From positions 124,001 to 188,000 of the IMG/VR virus record IMGVR_UViG_3300044712_002668: 64,000 nt of DNA. One strand, written 5' to 3'. Numbering within the stretch: the first letter of the stretch is position 1; every line of letters begins with the position of its first letter. Below, piece by piece: positions 51,577 to 60,747 of this stretch. Made by a program: the position numbers and the translations under genes. The notes under the pieces are model-generated. The model was not told where the DNA came from. It saw nothing but the letters and a program-made list of their open reading frames with translations, and ran no database searches.

Positions 51577-53082
51577 ATGTCAAAAGATAAAGTTAAGACG
51601 GAAGATAAGCCTCTTATTCCAGAAGGTAAATATGATGTTACCGATGTCAAAGAATTGAACTTCTTTGATCTATCTGGAGAAAAGGCAAAAACAAAAGGTA
51701 CTTCTAATAAGTTTTATCATGCCGAAATCCAGAAAGAAAAATCTGGAACTCGTGTTCAGCTATATACTATGTACGGTGCCACTGGAAAAGTACAAGCCAG
51801 GGAGTGGCGGTATTTTTCAGATGAGCTTGCTGCCAAGAAAGAATTCAATAGAATTATTTCCAGCAAACTAAAAAAAGGATATGTAGAGATTGATGTAGCT
51901 CAAAGAGCTTTAGGATCTGATTCTGCTAAACAGATAACCAAACCAGTTGTTTTGGCAAATGCAGATCATCTTGTTACGCCTGTTTCTTCAAAGCTTGATG
52001 CTGGACAAAAAAGAATTGTTGAAATATTCTTTGGAAGTCAGGATCATTTCGTAGCTACCACTCTTAAATGTCCACTAGGACAGCTATCAAATACACAGAT
52101 AGATAAAGGCCGTGACGTTCTAAATCAAGCCAAAGATATTGTAAATAGTGGTAGTATTGATAAGAATAAGCTTACTGATTTAACCAATCAATTTTACGGC
52201 TTGATTCCACATAATCTAGGAGGAGGGGCTAGAGGTCAGATGACCGAGCTTCTTCTTGATACTCTTCCAAAGATTGTGGGAAAGGAAAGCGATCTTGATA
52301 CCTTGCTTGATGCGAAGCAAGTCAATGCTGTTTTGAAATCCGATTCAACTATTGATACAAAGTATGATAGTTTGAATTGTGATTTCCTTTCAGTAGATCC
52401 TTCTAGTGATATTTTCAAATTTATGTCCTCGTATTTTCAGGATACAAAAGTACGTGGACATGGTTATGATAAAGAGCGTGTAGTAAATATTTGGGAAATG
52501 AACCGCAAGGATGATAAAGAAAAAGCATTCTTGAAGAATACTGATATAATTGCAAAGCAATGTGGTAAACATTCCTTTGTTTCTGAAACTGAACGTTTAT
52601 CAGGTGGGAAGAATAAGCTGTGGACTCCTGATAAGCGTCCTGATTTAGATAAAGATTTGGTAAAGCTATATACCAATGCAAATGTTTGGTTGTGTTGGCA
52701 TGGAACCAGATCTGCTAATCTGGTTGGTATTACCAGGCGTGGTTTGTTGATTAGACCATCTGGAGCTGTGTATACTGGATCCATGTTTGGAGATGGTAAG
52801 TATTTTGCCTGGCAAAGTACAAAGTCTTTGAACTATACAGATGGTGGATATTGGACTGGAGGTAGACATAATGTATCTTCCAGGTTTATGTTTATCATGG
52901 ATGTTGCTATGGGTAAGCAACACATCTCTCATAATTCACACTTTTTCAAAAAACCACCAGCCGGATTTCATTCTGTATATGGTAAGGCAGGCTCTGGCTT
53001 GTGGAATGATGAAATGATTACATACGATTTTGATGATAAGGATAATCAGTCTGCAATAAGATACTTGTTGGAAATCGTTTAA
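51577..53082 (+). CDS. Poly(ADP-ribose) polymerase-like: WGR + regulatory + catalytic domain
   Basis: WGR-like 'SNKFY...YG.TG...K.KKGY'; regulatory 'CPLGQLS..QI..G...L', 'LTNQFYGLIPH'; catalytic H-Y-E triad WHGTR / MFGDGKYFA / NDEMITY. Confidence 0.9.
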   Translation: MSKDKVKTEDKPLIPEGKYDVTDVKELNFFDLSGEKAKTKGTSNKFYHAEIQKEKSGTRVQLYTMYGATGKVQAREWRYFSDELAAKKEFNRIISSKLKKGYVEIDVAQRALGSDSAKQITKPVVLANADHLVTPVSSKLDAGQKRIVEIFFGSQDHFVATTLKCPLGQLSNTQIDKGRDVLNQAKDIVNSGSIDKNKLTDLTNQFYGLIPHNLGGGARGQMTELLLDTLPKIVGKESDLDTLLDAKQVNAVLKSDSTIDTKYDSLNCDFLSVDPSSDIFKFMSSYFQDTKVRGHGYDKERVVNIWEMNRKDDKEKAFLKNTDIIAKQCGKHSFVSETERLSGGKNKLWTPDKRPDLDKDLVKLYTNANVWLCWHGTRSANLVGITRRGLLIRPSGAVYTGSMFGDGKYFAWQSTKSLNYTDGGYWTGGRHNVSSRFMFIMDVAMGKQHISHNSHFFKKPPAGFHSVYGKAGSGLWNDEMITYDFDDKDNQSAIRYLLEIV

Positions 53083-53089
53083 CCTACGC

Positions 53090-53117
53090 TTGACTGTTCC
53101 AATCGTCATGCTACCGT
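53090..53117 (+). promoter_or_regulatory. Putative sigma70-type promoter
   Basis: TTGACT-N16-TACCGT with an extended TG, intergenic. Confidence 0.4.
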
Positions 53118-53278
53118 CACCGCTCTGTCACAATTAGGCCAACTGGTCATACCAGCTAAAGGTCTTGATCTGTCTATGCATATGTAGACAAAACTCTTAC
53201 CTGGAGGTGAGAAAACTAGATTGTAAGATATCTATTTTGGTACTGATAGGTGAAAAACATCAAAGAGGTAAAAAACAC

Positions 53279-53914
53279 ATGCTAACTTTCAAACACATTC
53301 TACTAATTCTCCAAAGCATATCTCCTTATTATGAGGATAAAGAGACAGCCCAAGAGAGAACAGACCGTATGACTATACTTGCAAACAGTATAGATTATGC
53401 TGCTCATGCGTCTGTATGTCAGAAACTATCAGCAGAAGGCACTAAGAAGTGCAAGAAGCTCTTTGATGGTGATCCGATTTATATGGCAGCTATGTTATTG
53501 ACCATTGGACGCTTTGAGTCCGCATTTGCCAAACATGTGCATGAAAATAAATGCCGCACAAAACAAGGTGAATGTGACGGGGGTAGAGCTAGAAGTCCAT
53601 GGCAGTTTCAGAATACTCCACTCACCAGCAAGTGGTGGGTGAAGTATAAGGGCGCTGATTTAAAATCAACAAAAATTGGTGCTTGGGCTGCTACCAATGT
53701 AATCGCTAATGCCTTCAAGGGTTGCGGTTCATGGCAGGGTTCCATCGCAATGTATGCTACTGGATCTACATGTAAGTGGTCCAGGGCAAAAGAAAGATAT
53801 GATTGGTTTGTTAAAACCAATATTCAACTAAGAAAACTCATCAAGCAAGATGAGGAAGAACAAGAAAAGCAAAAAGAAAAATCCGAAGATTCGGATAAGA
53901 TAGCTCAACGATAA
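53279..53914 (+). CDS. Lysozyme-like/lytic transglycosylase-like protein
   Basis: 'GRFESAF', 'ARSPWQ', 'AMYATG'; GAGG RBS supports the start at 53279 rather than 53165. Confidence 0.5.
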   Translation: MLTFKHILLILQSISPYYEDKETAQERTDRMTILANSIDYAAHASVCQKLSAEGTKKCKKLFDGDPIYMAAMLLTIGRFESAFAKHVHENKCRTKQGECDGGRARSPWQFQNTPLTSKWWVKYKGADLKSTKIGAWAATNVIANAFKGCGSWQGSIAMYATGSTCKWSRAKERYDWFVKTNIQLRKLIKQDEEEQEKQKEKSEDSDKIAQR

Positions 53915-53933
53915 ATCATATAGTCGAGAGCTT

Positions 53934-53969
53934 GGGCCGGATTACCTGAAAAGGTATCCGGCCTTTTTT
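53934..53969 (+). terminator. Rho-independent terminator
   Basis: GGGCCGGATTACCT-gaa-AAGGTATCCGGCC followed by T6. Confidence 0.8.
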
Positions 53970-53989
53970 ATTGCCCAGAAAGTTTATAT

Positions 53990-55012
53990 ATGAAAATTGT
54001 AAAAGGATATTCGTTTGATGATGTTCTTCTGGTTCCAAAAAAATCAGATATTCCTTCTCGTAATTTACCTCTGGATGTAAAATTACCTAAAGGTTTCAGT
54101 GTAAAAATTCCAATCGTTTCAGCTAACATGAAAACTGTTACTGAAGTTTTTATGGCGCAATCCATAGCACGCCAAGGAGGAATGGCTTTATTACACAGAT
54201 TTGATACAACAAAAAACCTACTGAAAAATTATCTAGATTCTATTCTTGCTTTTTCAAGAGATATAGAATCTAGACAAAATATTGGCGTATCTTTAGGAAT
54301 AAAAGATGAAGATATGTCTCTTGCTAAAGAGTATATAGATTTAGGTTGTAAATTGTTCTGTGTAGATGTGGCTCATGGTCATCATACTATGGTTATTTCT
54401 TTTATAGAAAAATTAAGAAGTAACTATCCGGATATTTTGATTATAGCTGGAAATGTAGCTACACCAGAAGGTGCAAAGGATTTATGGAATGCTGGTGCTG
54501 ACATAATCAAGATAGGTGTTGGGCCAGGATCAATCTGTTCTACAAGAGTTGAGACTGGTAATGGTTATCCACAACTAAGCGCATTGGATTTAATATGTAA
54601 TACTTATTATAATCCAAGAAACGATGAACAGCCTATGTTTATAGCTGATGGCGGGATTCGTTTTGCTGGTGATTGTGTCAAAAGCTTATGCTTTGCAGAT
54701 CTTGTTATGATTGGTAACCTTTTTGCAGGTACCGATGAATCACCAGGAAAAGTTGTTTCTTTTCATGATAAAAAATATAAAGAATATGCAGGTTCTTCTA
54801 CACATAAAAGTTCAAGAGTAGAGGGAGTTGTTGGGCTTGTTCCATACAGAGGATCTGTTGAAGGTATAATCAAAAAACTTTGTGAAGGCATTCAAAGTGG
54901 TATGAGTTACCAGGGTGCTCATACTCTTAAAGAGTTGAAACTAAATCCTGAATGGGTAGAGATCTCTGGTTCAGGTTTAATAGAAAGTCATCCACATGAT
55001 ATATTGAGGTAA
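53990..55012 (+). CDS. IMP dehydrogenase / GMP reductase family (no CBS domains)
   Basis: FDDVLLVP, SANM, DVAHGH, AGNVAT, GVGPGSICSTR, ADGGI, EGV. Confidence 0.9.
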   Translation: MKIVKGYSFDDVLLVPKKSDIPSRNLPLDVKLPKGFSVKIPIVSANMKTVTEVFMAQSIARQGGMALLHRFDTTKNLLKNYLDSILAFSRDIESRQNIGVSLGIKDEDMSLAKEYIDLGCKLFCVDVAHGHHTMVISFIEKLRSNYPDILIIAGNVATPEGAKDLWNAGADIIKIGVGPGSICSTRVETGNGYPQLSALDLICNTYYNPRNDEQPMFIADGGIRFAGDCVKSLCFADLVMIGNLFAGTDESPGKVVSFHDKKYKEYAGSSTHKSSRVEGVVGLVPYRGSVEGIIKKLCEGIQSGMSYQGAHTLKELKLNPEWVEISGSGLIESHPHDILR

Positions 55013-55013
55013 T

Positions 55014-55874
55014 ATGTTTAAAGCTAAAATTATTACAGATTCTATTTCAGAAAGAAATAATAGATTAACTACTTTTGAAATTACTTTTCCAAGAATTATT
55101 CTGGCTGAATTCAATACCCATAGAGTATTTTCAAGAAACTCTGCATCTTCTCGTGCCATACCTGTTGAGAAAATGATCAAGATGGTTGAGGAGAATCCTT
55201 ATATTCCTGAAAAGTGGGGTAGGAATCAAAAGGGTATGCAGTCTTATGAGTTTCTTACTGATACTGCAGAAATAACCAATGCTAAAGATGCATGGCTCAG
55301 AGCGCGTGACAATGCAATTAGAAGCGCCAATGAGCTATTAGGTATCGGCATCCATAAACAAATAACAAACAGGCTCCTAGAGCCGTTTATGTGGCATACA
55401 GTTATTGTTACAGCTACCGAGTGGAGTAACTACTTTCATCTTCGTAATCATAAGGAGGCTCATCCTGATATTTGCAGAATTGCCAGTATGATGCAGGAAG
55501 TATATGAAACATCTGTTCCAGTATTATTGAAAAATAAAGAATGGCACATACCATTTATCACAGAAGATGATATTAGCGATGCGAAATGTGCTGGATTCAG
55601 GAAGAACATAGATATTGACTGGGAAAGGTTGATAAAGATATCAACGGGAAGATGTGCCAGAGTTTCATATCTTACCCATGATGGAAGAAGGGATTATTAT
55701 GAAGATATCAAGCTTCATGATAGGCTTTTGACATCAGGGCATATGAGTCCGTTTGAGCATCAGGCTTATCCGGTTGATCATGATGGATTTATTGGTAATT
55801 TTAAAGGCTGGAGACAATACAGGAAAACTATTTCTGGCGAGTTTGATATGTTAGGAAGATCAGGTAATTCTTAG
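55014..55874 (+). CDS. thyX: FAD-dependent thymidylate synthase
   Basis: EFNTHRVFSRNSASSRAIP, HKQ..NRLLEPF, ARVSY, HMSPFEH. Confidence 0.85.
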   Translation: MFKAKIITDSISERNNRLTTFEITFPRIILAEFNTHRVFSRNSASSRAIPVEKMIKMVEENPYIPEKWGRNQKGMQSYEFLTDTAEITNAKDAWLRARDNAIRSANELLGIGIHKQITNRLLEPFMWHTVIVTATEWSNYFHLRNHKEAHPDICRIASMMQEVYETSVPVLLKNKEWHIPFITEDDISDAKCAGFRKNIDIDWERLIKISTGRCARVSYLTHDGRRDYYEDIKLHDRLLTSGHMSPFEHQAYPVDHDGFIGNFKGWRQYRKTISGEFDMLGRSGNS

Positions 55875-55907
55875 ATATATTGTCAGATTCTTTTTGTGAG
55901 GAAATAG

Positions 55908-56426
55908 ATGACAAATAATCTTAAAAAAATTGCTACTTTAGCAGCAAAGAAAGCTGCCATTGAGACATATCGTTCTATTATGAAAATGGCCGATAGTGGT
56001 GGTGAAAAACAAATTAGTGCTCAAGAAGTTATAGAGAAAGCAATAATGCAATGGATTAATTATCTAATGCAAAAAATGCCATCTGATATTTTTGATTTAG
56101 TCAGAGGTAGAGAAACACAGTTTAATATTGATCCTGGCTGGGTAGTTTCTATTGGAGATACATTTGTTGTACCAGATGAAGAAAAAAAACTACCTGCAGA
56201 AAAACAAGAAACAACAATTTTAAATACTAAAATTAAGAATTATTTAATGTCTCAACTTCCAAATTTGACTAAACTTGTTGATAATGCAATTGCTGTAGAG
56301 AATAAAAGACGTCGAGATGAATATAATAAAATTCCTCCAAATAAAAGAATGGAAGCTGATAAGCATTTATTAAGACCTTATACTAAAAATGAATTTAGTA
56401 GACACTATCCAATATCTTGGGGTTAA
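55908..56426 (+). CDS. Hypothetical protein
   Basis: GAGG RBS, 172 aa. Confidence 0.6.
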   Translation: MTNNLKKIATLAAKKAAIETYRSIMKMADSGGEKQISAQEVIEKAIMQWINYLMQKMPSDIFDLVRGRETQFNIDPGWVVSIGDTFVVPDEEKKLPAEKQETTILNTKIKNYLMSQLPNLTKLVDNAIAVENKRRRDEYNKIPPNKRMEADKHLLRPYTKNEFSRHYPISWG

Positions 56427-56649
56427 TTTGCCTACAAAATATATAATTCTAGTAGAAGCTATAGCTCCAATTCAAGCAGAATTTGAAGTTATGGCAAATG
56501 ATGCAGAAGAGGCTTTCAATCTATTGCAGCAGGGTAAGTCTATACAGCTAAGACAAAAACCAAATGTCAATCTATTAAAGATGATAAAGAAAAAGGTTAC
56601 AATAAAAGAATATAATACTTCAATGATAAAACTAATCAAGAATATGTAA
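56389..56649 (+). CDS. Hypothetical protein
   Basis: Fills the gap; start uncertain. Confidence 0.45.
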   Translation: MNLVDTIQYLGVNLPTKYIILVEAIAPIQAEFEVMANDAEEAFNLLQQGKSIQLRQKPNVNLLKMIKKKVTIKEYNTSMIKLIKNM

Positions 56650-56708
56650 ATTCAATGTCGAGCAGGCTGCTGAAAAGGACTCCCATAACCAAAGGAGTCC
56701 TTTTCATT

Positions 56709-57347
56709 ATGTCCATAATTTTTTACGTTCTAGATACAGAAACGACAGGTTTGAAAACTGGATGGCATGAAATCAATCAAATATCAGTTCTTAACTCTGC
56801 ATCAAAAGATCAGATAACAATTGATATATGTGTTGACTACCCCGAAAGGGCTTCCAAAGAAGCCTTGGAAGTTCAAGGCAAATCAGTCCATGATCTGGAT
56901 AATGGAATTTCTCTGAAAGATGCAGTCATTCAAGTTAATGAATTCTTTCAGAAAGATAATTCAAATAAAGCTGCCAGGTGTATTGTGGCTCACAATGCTC
57001 CTTTTGATCGTAAATTTTGCCACTCAGCTTGGGACTCTGTTGAGTTGGAATTTCCTGCCGATTTGTGGATTTGTACCAAACAGTTGGCTCAAAGATATGT
57101 TAAAAAGTATGGTGGAGAAAAAATAGCTCAAGCTCAAAGCTCCCCGAAACCAAAGTTCGGTTTGAACAACTTCCTTCAAGGGGTAGGAATTACTCCAAAA
57201 TTAGGAGCACACCGTGCTGATACAGATACAATCAATACTCTTGAACTTTTCAATTGGTTGCTAAACTCTCAAACAGAATATGTTTCTCTTATCGAACGTA
57301 TCCCTCATAAAAAAGAAAACGTTAAAGATTTATTAGATTCTTATTAA
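56709..57347 (+). CDS. Second DEDDh 3'-5' exonuclease
   Basis: LDTETTG, AHNAPFD, AHRADTD; AGGAG upstream of MSIIF. Confidence 0.85.
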   Translation: MSIIFYVLDTETTGLKTGWHEINQISVLNSASKDQITIDICVDYPERASKEALEVQGKSVHDLDNGISLKDAVIQVNEFFQKDNSNKAARCIVAHNAPFDRKFCHSAWDSVELEFPADLWICTKQLAQRYVKKYGGEKIAQAQSSPKPKFGLNNFLQGVGITPKLGAHRADTDTINTLELFNWLLNSQTEYVSLIERIPHKKENVKDLLDSY

Positions 57348-57403
57348 TTTTTTAGCAACATCTACGCATACGGCGGAATAAGATGTTGCGCACTAGATTT
57401 TTC

Positions 57404-57431
57404 TTGACAGGGCGCACCAGATGAATACACT
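57404..57431 (+). promoter_or_regulatory. Sigma70-type promoter for the Ro60/TROVE unit
   Basis: TTGACA-N16-TACACT in GC-rich intergenic DNA. Confidence 0.6.
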
Positions 57432-57493
57432 GTGTTTCTTGGGTTTTTACCCGGCTGTGCGCCCAGATGCCACCAGGCAAGAAAGGCGCATAA

Positions 57494-57691
57494 ATGACAC
57501 AATTTGTAGGTAATTTGATTTCAGAATCTGTAGAAGCTCTTGATAAAGAAGAGACTGAGAAACGCAGATTAAAGAATAAAGCAAAAGCCTCTCGTAGAAA
57601 AGCGAGAGGCAATGAATCTGATCTGGAAAGAATTCAGAGGAAAAAAGTAAATTCTCTAAAAAAGAAGAATTCTTCTTCTAAAGAGAAATAA
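57494..57691 (+). CDS. Small highly basic protein
   Basis: 65 aa, K/R-rich, between the promoter and the TROVE gene. Confidence 0.5.
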   Translation: MTQFVGNLISESVEALDKEETEKRRLKNKAKASRRKARGNESDLERIQRKKVNSLKKKNSSSKEK

Positions 57692-57731
57692 GTCTACGCC
57701 ATACTTTAATGGCGCGAAATAGGAGGCATAC

Positions 57732-59327
57732 ATGTCTAGCGCAAAGTTTGTACAGCAAGTTATTGGTAACGATCCAAACCGTAAGGTTATCAAGATTGAT
57801 TCTTATTTGTCAGCTAACGAGACTGCTGAAGAGGCAGTGGCTCGTGTATTGCTGACTGGTATTTTGAAGAATCAATTCTATCGTTCGGTAGATGATATTA
57901 CAAAGGAAGCCCTACCTCTTGTAGAGAATATGGCAGATAGCAATCCTGAATATCTGCTTAAGGCGGCTTGTATTGCTCGTAATAGCCATATGAAGGGTAT
58001 GGTCAAGGTTGCCATTGCAGCAATCAACGGGCATGCAAATGATACTTTCTTGAATCGTGATGAGATCAAGGAAGCTATTGTTTCTTTGTTAGCAACATTC
58101 CATCCTGGTCAGTTGATTCAGTTTGTGGAACTGTGCAAGTCCAAGAAGTTTGGGCGTGGATTTGGTTCCAGACCCCAGAAGTGGGTTCGTTCTGCCATGG
58201 AGCGTTGGAATGCGTGGAAGCTTGAGGAGAATACCCTTAAGTATCCAACAGCATTGAATCAACTTGTACGTTTGGTTCATCCACGTTTCAAGGATGAGCG
58301 TGCTGGATTGGTATTGTACGTTCTTGATGGCAAGAAGTCTGAAGCAACTGGTGCTAAGCAGAAGGTTGTGGAAACTTTAAAGGCTGACACTTCTGATAAG
58401 AAGAAGATTGCCAATGCCATCTTGGATCATAAGATTCCATGGGATGTTATCAAGGGTTTTGCAGGCTTGGATGGTCCTATTGCCATGGCTGCAATGACTC
58501 AAATGGGATTGACGGCTTTATTGCTTAATATCCGTTCTTTGGAAGAGCATAATGTTTTCTCTACCACAGATGGATTGAGGGCTCTAAGCCTCAAGATGGA
58601 TGAGGTCAAGGATGGTCGTGCCATTCCTATGGACTTTGCAAAGCCATATATCTACGCTACCAATAGCAAGGTAAAAGATATCTTGCTGGATGCGATGGTA
58701 TCTACTCTTGATGTACCAATGCCTGCTATCGAAGGTAGGAAGGTTGGTGTGTCTGTTGATATCTCTGGTTCTATGGCCGGTGAAACTCTTAAAACTGCCG
58801 GTCTTCTTGCAGTTCCTTTCCTGAAGGCAAATGATTTGTGGTTTACTACTTTTGATACTTCATTGTATGAAGAGGGTAATACCATTAATCAGGGACGTAG
58901 GGATTTTTGGGGTTATTCCTCAAATGGTTTCTGTCCTAAGTTGAAGGGTAGGAGTCGCAAAGATCAAGTGAAGTCTTTGCTTGATTTGAAGACCGCTGGT
59001 GGAACCGATGTCTCCCAGCCAATTGTTCATGCAATTGCTTCACAAAGGTTTTTGGATGTTATGGTGCTTATCACCGATGAGCAGCAGAATGCCGGAACTC
59101 CTTTGATGAGGGTTTGGAATGAGTATTTGGCAAAGGTAAACCCAAGAGCCCATCTTTGGGTAATCAATGCCACAAATTCAAACTGGCATGCTGCAGATTT
59201 TGGTCATAGGAATGTTACAGTGTATCAGACTATGACCCCAGCATTATTCAAGAATCTTGAATACGTTGGTCAGGACTTGGTCAAAGCCATCAAAGACTTT
59301 GATTTCAAGGATGTTGGGAAGCGTTAG
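57732..59327 (+). CDS. Ro60/Rsr-like TROVE domain RNA-binding protein with vWA domain
   Basis: 'LLTG....QFY', 'GRGFGSRPQK....', 'LKYP...LVRLVHP', 'IPW', 'MGLTALLLNI..L'; vWA MIDAS DISGSM, GGTD, LITDEQ; AGGAGG RBS. Confidence 0.9.
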   Translation: MSSAKFVQQVIGNDPNRKVIKIDSYLSANETAEEAVARVLLTGILKNQFYRSVDDITKEALPLVENMADSNPEYLLKAACIARNSHMKGMVKVAIAAINGHANDTFLNRDEIKEAIVSLLATFHPGQLIQFVELCKSKKFGRGFGSRPQKWVRSAMERWNAWKLEENTLKYPTALNQLVRLVHPRFKDERAGLVLYVLDGKKSEATGAKQKVVETLKADTSDKKKIANAILDHKIPWDVIKGFAGLDGPIAMAAMTQMGLTALLLNIRSLEEHNVFSTTDGLRALSLKMDEVKDGRAIPMDFAKPYIYATNSKVKDILLDAMVSTLDVPMPAIEGRKVGVSVDISGSMAGETLKTAGLLAVPFLKANDLWFTTFDTSLYEEGNTINQGRRDFWGYSSNGFCPKLKGRSRKDQVKSLLDLKTAGGTDVSQPIVHAIASQRFLDVMVLITDEQQNAGTPLMRVWNEYLAKVNPRAHLWVINATNSNWHAADFGHRNVTVYQTMTPALFKNLEYVGQDLVKAIKDFDFKDVGKR

Positions 59328-59964
59328 TAGACGCTGAAGACATTGGTACGTGAATGTAGCGGACCTCGGGCGTAGCAGCTCGGGGTCCGTTGCAGTTTGG
59401 TAGCTGCAATAATTGCGTTCCTATCAAACCACCAATTCCAATCAATAATCCAACCAACAATCTAATCATTGCAGTTTGACGTTCTTCGCTGACCTTTTGA
59501 TCGCTCTTTTTCTTTTCGTGTTGAAGTTCTAGTTCTTTATCTATACTGTTTCTATGGCGTTTTTCTTCTTCGGTTATTTTATCTTTTACTTCTGTTACAG
59601 TACCAACAATTTCGCCAACTTTTTTACTGACAGCTTCAACATCATCTTTTATAGATGATAAATCTTTCTGACTGTTTTGATGTACATCTATATGGGATTC
59701 AAGCCATTTTTCTATATTTGATATTCTTTGTTCTATAAGGGCCATTCTAGTTAAAATAGAAGTAGCCCCATTACCATCTCTTATTACATCTGATAGGGCT
59801 TTTACGTTTTCTCTTAATATATTTAATTCTGTTTTTACAGTAGCAAAATCAGCTTCTGATTCTTTGATTTCATTTAAAAGAGTATGTGTAAGTTGAGATG
59901 TGGAATCCAAACCCTCTGCTAATCGTTCAAGTAAAACATCATTTATGTTCTTGGGAGGTGCCAT
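59305..59964 (-). CDS. Coiled-coil protein with C-terminal transmembrane helix
   Basis: Long heptad-rich region followed by LLVGLLIGIGGLIG. Confidence 0.65.
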   Translation of the reverse strand: MAPPKNINDVLLERLAEGLDSTSQLTHTLLNEIKESEADFATVKTELNILRENVKALSDVIRDGNGATSILTRMALIEQRISNIEKWLESHIDVHQNSQKDLSSIKDDVEAVSKKVGEIVGTVTEVKDKITEEEKRHRNSIDKELELQHEKKKSDQKVSEERQTAMIRLLVGLLIGIGGLIGTQLLQLPNCNGPRAATPEVRYIHVPMSSASTNASQHP

Positions 59965-60112
59965 GAGTAACTTCTCCAATTATTTGGGCAGTATTTTTAC
60001 AAGCCTCTCTACAATATCTTATATTTTTAATAGTTCTTTTCAATCGGAATTTTAATTTATTTATATTACTTTCTAATTCTTCAACTGTTCTATTGATATC
60101 ATCTTCACTCAT
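59939..60112 (-). CDS. Small coiled-coil hypothetical protein (57 aa, not in the ORF track)
   Basis: MSEDDINRTVEELESNINKLKFRLK...; GGAG upstream; overlaps the start of the next gene. Confidence 0.45.
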   Translation of the reverse strand: MSEDDINRTVEELESNINKLKFRLKRTIKNIRYCREACKNTAQIIGEVTHGTSQEHK

Positions 60113-60274
60113 AATATACTCCGATTTGTTTCCACATTAATAAGTGATCTTATGCATGTAATACTTGTTTTCAGGGTCGAGAGTCTGAAAAAATCGTACT
60201 TGAGGTTTAATTCTTTGAAAAACTGGTAATATTTAGTCATATACCTGAGGCTGTCAGAAAACGGTAGAAAGCCG

Positions 60275-60303
60275 TTGACAGGCTGGGTGAGACAGGTTAG
60301 ACT
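60275..60303 (+). promoter_or_regulatory. Sigma70-type promoter for the small-RNA/tRNA cluster
   Basis: TTGACA-N17-TAGACT. Confidence 0.7.
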
Positions 60304-60340
60304 GGGTGAGTTCGGTTGGCTTTCTAAACCATCCGAGCAC

Positions 60341-60457
60341 TGGTAAACGCGCCGTAGACGTTTCATCATCAATCAACGATTCTAGGTGGTTCGAATCCAC
60401 CAGACGGGCTTGGTAACGGGGAAACCCGGCCTATTCGTCTGCATCTTTCGTTTACCA
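60341..60457 (+). ncRNA. Y-RNA-like RNA 1 (contains a tRNA T-arm)
   Basis: TGGTAAACG/CGTTTACCA helix, GTAGACG/CGTCTGC helix, TTTCATCA linker, GGTGG-TTCGAAT-CCACC T-arm, CGGG-GAAA-CCCG. Confidence 0.7.
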
Positions 60458-60496
60458 ATTTTATTCCTATCATTATGTAAAAGTGATGGTAGGGGC

Positions 60497-60570
60497 TATT
60501 GAACGCGCTAGCTGATCTTTCATCAATATTGCTAATTGAACCTGTGGGTCAGCGTAATTTTCGTTCAATA
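60497..60570 (+). ncRNA. Y-RNA-like RNA 2
   Basis: TATTGAACG/CGTTCAATA, GCTGATC/GGTCAGC, TTTCATCA, 5-bp stem with 7-nt loop ATTGCTA. Confidence 0.7.
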
Positions 60571-60643
60571 TTTTTTTTATTCATGGAATAAGGTGATATA
60601 TAAATGAATATGAATTTGTCAGCTCGAATATGAACGCCCATTT

Positions 60644-60724
60644 GGGGCGTGAGGCATCTGGTAGAGGCCGCCAGTCTTATAAACTGGGAAGATAACGAGC
60701 AGAGTTCAAATCTCTGACGCCCCA
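60644..60724 (+). tRNA. tRNA-Ile(UAU)
   Basis: Acceptor GGGGCGT/ACGCCCC-A, anticodon arm CCAGT-CTTATAA-ACTGG, T-arm CAGAG-TTCAAAT-CTCTG; long variable region; no encoded CCA. Confidence 0.8.
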
Positions 60725-60747
60725 CTGGGTATAGTGAAAATTTAATA

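Noticed and set aside
60360-60405. tRNA-Sec or opal suppressor (TCA triplet before a T-arm)
   Set aside because: No D-arm or acceptor stem, only 3 bp flank the loop, and there is no U33.
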